64,000 nucleotides of DNA. It comes from Candidatus Firestoneibacteriota bacterium. Its GTDB lineage: Bacteria; Oederibacteriota; D2-FULL-39-29; JBBTED01. The position numbers were made by a program, and so were the translations under genes. The stretch covers positions 76,024-140,023 of the forward strand of contig JBBTED010000021.1 of assembly GCA_038042445.1 (NCBI GenBank). Reading direction: 5' to 3'. This document shows, piece after piece, positions 58,343 to 64,000 of the stretch (its first letter is position 1; each line of letters begins with the position of its first letter). The notes beneath the pieces are model-generated. The model saw only the letters and a program-made list of their open reading frames with translations. It did no database searches and was not told the DNA's origin.

Positions 58343-58762
58343 CTATGTAGTATTAATTAACTGCTTTAACTCTTCTTGTTTCTTTTTATTCTGGTATTCA
58401 ATATTTCCCATTTGTGTTCCTTCATATCTTTTTGTTTCATCTATAATCCAATTATCATGTTTTCCTGTAAGTTTGTATGAATTGAGATTGTTAAAAAGTC
58501 CACCATATTCAGTTTTTTCAATCCATTCTTTTTGAATTAATTCTTTGATTGCTCTATTTACGGTAGTAGGATCTAAATTTATTTCTTTGGCTAAAGTTCG
58601 CATTGAAACAGCTATTTTTCCATTATTCCTACCATTAAAATGATATTTTAGTTGAAAATATACTAATTTAGCAGAAGCGCTTAATTCTATCCATTCTCTT
58701 GTTTTCATTGTTAGCCTTCCTATTGCTACAAATGGAGGTAATTTTTTCTTTTTTCTTGACAT
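58343..58762 (-). CDS. Winged-helix protein resembling phage/satellite replication-initiator N-termini
   Basis: LSASAKLVY...SMRTLAKEINL...TVNRAIKELIQKEWI. Confidence 0.65.
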   Translation of the reverse strand: MSRKKKKLPPFVAIGRLTMKTREWIELSASAKLVYFQLKYHFNGRNNGKIAVSMRTLAKEINLDPTTVNRAIKELIQKEWIEKTEYGGLFNNLNSYKLTGKHDNWIIDETKRYEGTQMGNIEYQNKKKQEELKQLINTT

Positions 58763-58795
58763 CTCATTCTCCTAATTTTTCCAGCACTCAAAGTT

Positions 58796-59041
58796 TTAAA
58801 ATTGGTCTTTGATAAAATTCCTTATTTGTTTTAAAAGTTTACTGAATTGATAAGCATCAACTTTAAGTTTATGATTACTAAAATCATCAGCAAGCTTTTC
58901 ACATTTATTTTTATTATCAAAAACAAAGAATACTTCTTTCCCATTTCGATAAGTTTTACTAACAGGATTACCATTAATCATTAATGCACAAATCAACGGT
59001 AAATCTTTAGTGTGGAATTCATTCTCAAAATTATTATTCAT
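58796..59041 (-). CDS. DUF5659-like small phage-associated protein
   Basis: F.TKDL.L..AL...G......R....VFFVF...VDA pattern. Confidence 0.6.
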   Translation of the reverse strand: MNNNFENEFHTKDLPLICALMINGNPVSKTYRNGKEVFFVFDNKNKCEKLADDFSNHKLKVDAYQFSKLLKQIRNFIKDQF

Positions 59042-59244
59042 ATTTTCATCACCTTAATTTTTTGAAATAAAATAAATTTTTATTTCTGATATAAATATAT
59101 GACAAAATGGAATATTCGTCAATTTTTGAAAAGGTCAAAAGAGGTATACACCTTATTTGGTTATAAAACAATTTGAAAGTAATGCAATAAAACTGTAGGA
59201 AATATTACTACAAAATTTTAGATATTTTAAAAAGGCGTGATAAT

Positions 59245-59988
59245 TTAAACGAGGTTTTTAATCAATTCTACACAAGTATCATATCCATTTTTTACTCTAC
59301 GTGTAACAACTTCTAAACCATCTTCTTCCAGTTCCGCATTAGAATAAATAATTCCTGCTATCTCTTTAAAAGTTTTACCTTTTTTCCTTAAATCATATAT
59401 TTTTAGGTATTTATCATAACTGTCAAATCGCTTCTTTGTATTAATATTTTCTGGTGATAATTTTTTATATTCCTTCTTTGCTTTATCTATAATATTCTCT
59501 ACCGTATTTAATATCTGGTCTTTCCGAAAGGATAAAAATACTGTAATCCTTAAGATTTCTGGATTTTGACCGTATTGATGCGATTCAAGAAGTAAAGCAG
59601 GAACAGGACGACTAATATGAACCCCAACCAAACCTGCGAAAGGAAACATAATTGAAGGATTTTGTTCATTTAAAGATTTACGTTTATATTCATCATAAGA
59701 TAATGAAGGATCAACAAAAGAAAGCAATGACCATTTTCCGCAAACTAATCTTTTTATTTCTTTATCATTATCTTTAGCTTTTCTTTCCATATTTTTAAGT
59801 TTTGTGTAAATCAAAGGTTGTCTTTTTCTCATTTCTCTAAGATTTTTCAAAGGAGTAAATTTTTTAAAACACCCACCAAACTCTTTGAAATCTCTTTGGT
59901 ATTCAGAATTTCTTCTTGTAAATTCCCATCTATATTTTTTTATATATTCATACTCATTTTCTATTTCTTTTTTTGTTTTTCTCGCCAC
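59245..59988 (-). CDS. Putative transcriptional regulator, DUF6499/DUF2285 (FseA-like) architecture
   Basis: N-terminal YRWEFTRRNSEYQ and C-terminal YLKIYDLRKKGKTFKEIA HTH. Confidence 0.55.
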   Translation of the reverse strand: MARKTKKEIENEYEYIKKYRWEFTRRNSEYQRDFKEFGGCFKKFTPLKNLREMRKRQPLIYTKLKNMERKAKDNDKEIKRLVCGKWSLLSFVDPSLSYDEYKRKSLNEQNPSIMFPFAGLVGVHISRPVPALLLESHQYGQNPEILRITVFLSFRKDQILNTVENIIDKAKKEYKKLSPENINTKKRFDSYDKYLKIYDLRKKGKTFKEIAGIIYSNAELEEDGLEVVTRRVKNGYDTCVELIKNLV

Positions 59989-60021
59989 ATTTTCCTCACT
60001 TTTTCTGAAATCAAATAAAAA

Positions 60022-60525
60022 TTATTGACTGTTTGGTAATTCCTTTACTTCTTCTGGTTTAATCGTTTCCACCAATTGATTTTCATTTGCCACCGCCAAA
60101 ACACTTTCTCCGATAATTGTATCCTCTCTCATCCCGACAGGCTCAGGAATTTTATAAGCAAATTCAATTCTTATCGATTCTTTTTCCTCTCGTCTCAGTT
60201 CACCAATTCGCTGATAAAACAATTTGATTAGTTCAGGCTTTTCTTTCAACGCTCCATTCACCATAGCTCTATCTATATGACCAGCTACTGACTTCAAAAC
60301 GTGTTCCCTTCGTTCTTGATACGCTTGCAGAAAAACTGAATCTTTCATCCAGCGATAAAAAGTTGTGCGTGGAACACTCATTTTTCTACACTTTTCTTGA
60401 ATATTTAATAAATCGCTATAATCACAAAGACACTCAATCATTGCCATTTGTTTTGGTTTTAGTTGTTCTGTTTCATTTTGCCCCATAATTGATACCCCAG
60501 ACTCATTTAAATTATATTTACTCAC
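60022..60525 (-). CDS. HTH protein, phBC6A51/terminase-small-subunit-like
   Basis: LKPKQ...C....VPRTTFYRWMKD..F...IKLFYQRIG. Confidence 0.6.
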   Translation of the reverse strand: MSKYNLNESGVSIMGQNETEQLKPKQMAMIECLCDYSDLLNIQEKCRKMSVPRTTFYRWMKDSVFLQAYQERREHVLKSVAGHIDRAMVNGALKEKPELIKLFYQRIGELRREEKESIRIEFAYKIPEPVGMREDTIIGESVLAVANENQLVETIKPEEVKELPNSQ

Positions 60526-61009
60526 TCGTTTTTTCCTCTGTATCCTTTAAATATTTCTCCATTAATTCTGCTAAATCCTCTCCAGAAATTACCGCTTCCC
60601 TTAAACACTCATTTTTACCACTCTTTCCAACATACCTAATTACAATATATTCTGTTTTTGTTTCTACATCTCGTATGATTTTTATAGTTTCAATAATTCT
60701 TTTATCCACTCTGTAATAGCTCTTATTTTCTGGACTTTTAACACACCTTCCACTTTTCAAGTATTTATTTTCACCATAATTTATTGCTTTTTCTCTTACC
60801 TGCATAGTTCTTATATTCAGACTATCTTTATTTATAATCTTTTCATTTAATAACTTTTTTATATGATAAGCTTGTGTCTCATTCGGTTTTGTCTTCCCAT
60901 TAAACCATCTATTAACAGTAGCAAATGCCACTTTAAGCTTTTTAGCAAGTATTTCCTGCGTAATCTTATTCTCTAAACAATATGTTTTTAAATCCTTAAC
61001 TATTTCCAT
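60518..61009 (-). CDS. XRE-family HTH protein with C-terminal extension
   Basis: ITQEILAKKLKVAFATVNRWFNGKTKP. Confidence 0.8.
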   Translation of the reverse strand: MEIVKDLKTYCLENKITQEILAKKLKVAFATVNRWFNGKTKPNETQAYHIKKLLNEKIINKDSLNIRTMQVREKAINYGENKYLKSGRCVKSPENKSYYRVDKRIIETIKIIRDVETKTEYIVIRYVGKSGKNECLREAVISGEDLAELMEKYLKDTEEKTSE

Positions 61010-61209
61010 ATTTGCATTATATAACTTCTTGTAATATTATATAATACATCACTAATTTTGTCAAATATTATATTCTTATCAGACTTCCGAAATACAATGC
61101 GTCGATGACTTGAATTTATTGGATTGAATTTATTGAATTTGAGTATTACTGCAAATTCTGTTAATCTCAAGTAATTTGGATTAGAATTGTATAGATTGAA
61201 TGTAATATA

Positions 61210-62868
61210 TTAAAAATATACGTTTATTCCACCGTCAAATTTTACTCCTCTTAACTCATCGCTTACTTCTGTACGCCATAACCCACCGCTACTGGCATAG
61301 GGAATAAATTGATTTATATTAAGATAGCTTATATCTATATTGATTGAAATTGGAAAATATTGTGGGGCCACAAATATTTCAGTACCTCCGCTAATTTCCA
61401 ATCCAAATTTAACTTCAAAAATTTCTTTTGAAAAACGATGGCCGTTATCTAAAATTGCCGATTGTATTTCTTTTATTATAACAGGACCTAATCCAAATTT
61501 AATGTAAGGAATTACCGACGTATTCTGAGTGATGTTCCTTTGCAAAGTAAGAAGAATTGGAATAACTGATATTTTACCAGAATATTCCACATAATTTCCA
61601 CCCTCATAAAGCCCTCTCTTGATCTGATTATTATAAATCAAAACATCTAACCCAAGAAAAGTTACTCCATTCCCACTATATTTCAAACTACCACCCCAAA
61701 TTATATCGTCCTCTGGAGATGAATCCCTAAACCAATAACTTCTATAGACACTTATTCCAGTTTTTCCACTAAAATCTTCTGTAATTCTATCTTTAACTTC
61801 ACTTTTATAAAATTCCCTTTTTTCTCTTTCCTCAATTACCCATTTGTAGTTATCCTCAAGGTCTTTATCCTTCATACGAGACACATTAAAATCCATTGTT
61901 ATATTATTTCTCTTTATCGTAAGTTTAGCAATAGAATCTATTTTCCCTCTACATAAACGAGTTATTTCTGTCTGACTACAATTTTCAATATTAATATTAT
62001 CAATTGCAATTATTTCATCACCTTTTAATAATCCAGATTTTTCTGCTGGAGAATCTTTAAGTATATTTTGTATTATAGTTTTTCTCTCTGTATTTTTTAT
62101 AGTTCTAATTCCCACCATGCCAGGATAATTTTCCCATAAATTAATATCATATAAGTCAAATTGTTTTCTTATAGACCACCCTATTTCATTTGCAATATCA
62201 GAAAAAGTAAAATTAGATGGTTTCTCAGCCTGAATACTTAATACAACTTCTCCAGTTTCAATCTCAATCATTTTTACATTTATATTATTAACGCTATCAA
62301 ACCGTTTACCATAATATTTCTCCGTACTTGAACCTACAGAACAAAATACAATAAAATCTACATTTGATATCTTTCCAAGTTTTTTATAATCGCTTTTTTC
62401 TAAAATTCCAGTAAGACTTAATTTTTGTTCTCCTAAAATTTTGTCAATGTTTGTTCTTTCAATAACTTTTTTACCAAAGTGTATAAATACTGTAACTAAT
62501 GCATCTGCAAGCGATTTATCATCAGAACTATGTTCCCTGTCTGGAAGTAATGCTATTAACTCTGAATAGAAAAAGCTATTGTTAGTAGCAGGAATAGTTG
62601 CTACTGACCATTCCTTCTTAATATATGACTGACTATAATCCTCTTCCTGCGTTGCCTTTTCCGTCTCCACTTCTTTTCTTATTTTAAGTTCTTCTCTTAA
62701 ATTTCTTTTTCTTGTTTCTTCGTTTAAGTAATCAGTTATTCCTTTAAGTATTCCTGACCCTACTGCTTCTCCTTCTGTCATTCTTGCTATATTATAATCC
62801 TCTGCTTTTACTTGTTTTGAATAAAACAAGAATAAAAATATACCAACAAAAATTATTATTTTTTTCAT
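61210..62868 (-). CDS. Exported protein: CsgG/LpoB-like domain + PDZ + C-terminal outer-membrane beta-barrel
   Basis: Signal peptide at 62868; VIERTNIDKILGEQKLSLTG; GMVGI...DSPAEKSGLLKGDEIIAID; barrel strands ending GGINVYF. Confidence 0.65.
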   Translation of the reverse strand: MKKIIIFVGIFLFLFYSKQVKAEDYNIARMTEGEAVGSGILKGITDYLNEETRKRNLREELKIRKEVETEKATQEEDYSQSYIKKEWSVATIPATNNSFFYSELIALLPDREHSSDDKSLADALVTVFIHFGKKVIERTNIDKILGEQKLSLTGILEKSDYKKLGKISNVDFIVFCSVGSSTEKYYGKRFDSVNNINVKMIEIETGEVVLSIQAEKPSNFTFSDIANEIGWSIRKQFDLYDINLWENYPGMVGIRTIKNTERKTIIQNILKDSPAEKSGLLKGDEIIAIDNINIENCSQTEITRLCRGKIDSIAKLTIKRNNITMDFNVSRMKDKDLEDNYKWVIEEREKREFYKSEVKDRITEDFSGKTGISVYRSYWFRDSSPEDDIIWGGSLKYSGNGVTFLGLDVLIYNNQIKRGLYEGGNYVEYSGKISVIPILLTLQRNITQNTSVIPYIKFGLGPVIIKEIQSAILDNGHRFSKEIFEVKFGLEISGGTEIFVAPQYFPISINIDISYLNINQFIPYASSGGLWRTEVSDELRGVKFDGGINVYF

Positions 62869-62870
62869 TT

Positions 62871-63254
62871 TCAGTCCGTAGTTCTTTTCCAATATATTCT
62901 TAAGAAGCCTAAACAAACAAGGGAAATTCCCAGAGAAAAAAATAGTATTGCTTCTTCTTTATCAACAACAAATCCATAGAAATATGGTCGTTCTACGTGT
63001 AATGAACTAAAGAAGTCCTTCTTGGTTTCCGAATCTTTAGCTCTAAACCAAACATCTCCAGTTATAGTATCTAATAAATGAAAATATACAATATTGTTTG
63101 GTGTATGGGGATCAGCAACAAGCTGATATCTTCCAATATCTGTACCCTTATTAATATTAGGATTAAGAGTAAAACTTAAAAAACCATATGCAATCAAGAA
63201 TGAACCAATAACAAAACAAATAACATCAAAAGCCCTATTAAAAAATTTTCTCAT
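62871..63254 (-). CDS. Hypothetical two-transmembrane protein
   Basis: Hydrophobic termini around GRYQL...LLDTITGDVW. Confidence 0.6.
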   Translation of the reverse strand: MRKFFNRAFDVICFVIGSFLIAYGFLSFTLNPNINKGTDIGRYQLVADPHTPNNIVYFHLLDTITGDVWFRAKDSETKKDFFSSLHVERPYFYGFVVDKEEAILFFSLGISLVCLGFLRIYWKRTTD

Positions 63255-63260
63255 ATTTTC

Positions 63261-63485
63261 TTATGGTCTACATACTTTACAAGGAACATATCTATTCTTT
63301 TTTGCTTCTTCTTTGGTTTTAAATATTATCCTATTTTCATATTTAATTTTCCCAGCCCAATAGCAAGAAGGATAATGATATTTATCAGATTTTCTCGAAC
63401 CCACATAATATGTCTCTGCATTTACAGAAATTGTTAATCCTACAAGAAATACAACTAATAGTAATGTTGTAACAATCTTTTTCAT
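63261..63485 (-). CDS. Exported protein with Ada-like zinc-binding domain
   Basis: Signal peptide; YVGS..S.KYH.PSC...F....EA....Y.PCKVC.P. Confidence 0.82.
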   Translation of the reverse strand: MKKIVTTLLLVVFLVGLTISVNAETYYVGSRKSDKYHYPSCYWAGKIKYENRIIFKTKEEAKKNRYVPCKVCRP

Positions 63486-63506
63486 ATTCTCAGTTTAACA
63501 ATTACT

Positions 63507-63842
63507 TCATTTTACTCCAGGCAATATCCCTAACGGGTCTTTCGAGTTTGGAACTTCTGTTAAAATTACTGTATTAGCATTGTTGATTTCTACAAATTTC
63601 CCGTTAACATAAAAATTATAAATCCTTTCACTTTCATATAAAGTATACGAAACCCTGTTTGCATTTTCATATATTTCCACTTTGCCCCCGTTATCTTCCG
63701 TATATATTACTTTGATATCAAATGTTTTACCAAAATATTTTTGCCGATTATTAATATAATCTTTAATTTCAGAACACCCAGTAATAATCGTTAATGTGCT
63801 AAAAATAAACACTAATATAAATAGTTTTTTAATATTACTCAT
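63507..63842 (-). CDS. Hypothetical lipoprotein
   Basis: Lipobox ITGC after a hydrophobic signal. Confidence 0.6.
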   Translation of the reverse strand: MSNIKKLFILVFIFSTLTIITGCSEIKDYINNRQKYFGKTFDIKVIYTEDNGGKVEIYENANRVSYTLYESERIYNFYVNGKFVEINNANTVILTEVPNSKDPLGILPGVK

Positions 63843-64000
63843 TTGTTTTTATCCCAATACTTTCTTATGCAATATTTTAAAATTTCTAAATTAAACACTT
63901 ACTAATATATAAATAATTTATACTGCAAGTCAAGTATAAATTGTAGGTGGAGTTTCCCCAAAATTTCAAAAAACCTCTATTTTTAAGTTTCCAGCACAAA

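Larger units (their letters stand above)
56262..64000. mobile_element. Integrative element (phage-satellite/genomic-island-like) abutting the 5' side of tRNA-Gly; distal boundary not seen
   Basis: Integrase, excisionase-like HTH, replication-type HTH, DUF5659-like, terminase-small-like HTH and XRE genes next to a tRNA; no capsid, tail or conjugation genes in the window. Confidence 0.8.

Noticed and set aside
251..60716. Plus-strand ORFs in the track (for example 251-523, 21749-22231, 39926-40498, 43254-43700)
   Set aside because: All are antisense shadows of well-supported minus-strand genes or cross repeats, and none has a recognisable motif.
61105..61205. Short TTGAATTTATTG direct repeats between the XRE gene and the cargo genes
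   Set aside because: Few irregular copies in very AT-rich DNA; not distinguishable from low complexity.

Overview
AT-rich chromosomal segment from a diderm bacterium (lpxB, msbA and outer-membrane barrels are present). Every gene I can support lies on the minus strand. In coordinate order: the start of a type I-C CRISPR-Cas operon (cas3, cas5c, then a YhcG/DUF1016 nuclease gene where cas8c normally sits; no array in the window); tatD-radical SAM fusion; four-carbon-acid sugar kinase; two DUF2723-TPR paralogues; tig-clpP-clpX; GH57 cluster; tRNA-Arg; modE-porin-tupABC tungstate/molybdate uptake. A ~14 kb candidate extracellular electron transfer locus follows (26.2-39.9 kb). It has two parallel modules, each with a CxxCH-bearing sensor kinase, a sigma-54 activator and a clear -24/-12 promoter. 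One module drives a Cyc2-like monoheme cytochrome-porin, the other an MtrA/MtoA decaheme cytochrome plus MtrB barrel, followed by ccsA-hemA. Both modules end in a homologous hairpin-terminator-promoter cassette, and the kinase of the Mtr module is split by an in-frame TAG. Next come ilvDBN, tRNA-Val, a sigma/DeoR chimeric remnant, an HD-GYP regulator, hisAF, an envelope-signalling operon joined to lpxB-msbA, tRNA-Gly and an integrase-bearing element that runs off the right edge. At least four families of short palindromic repeats are scattered throughout, several translated in frame inside proteins. All calls come from reading sequence and motifs by eye; no searches were run.
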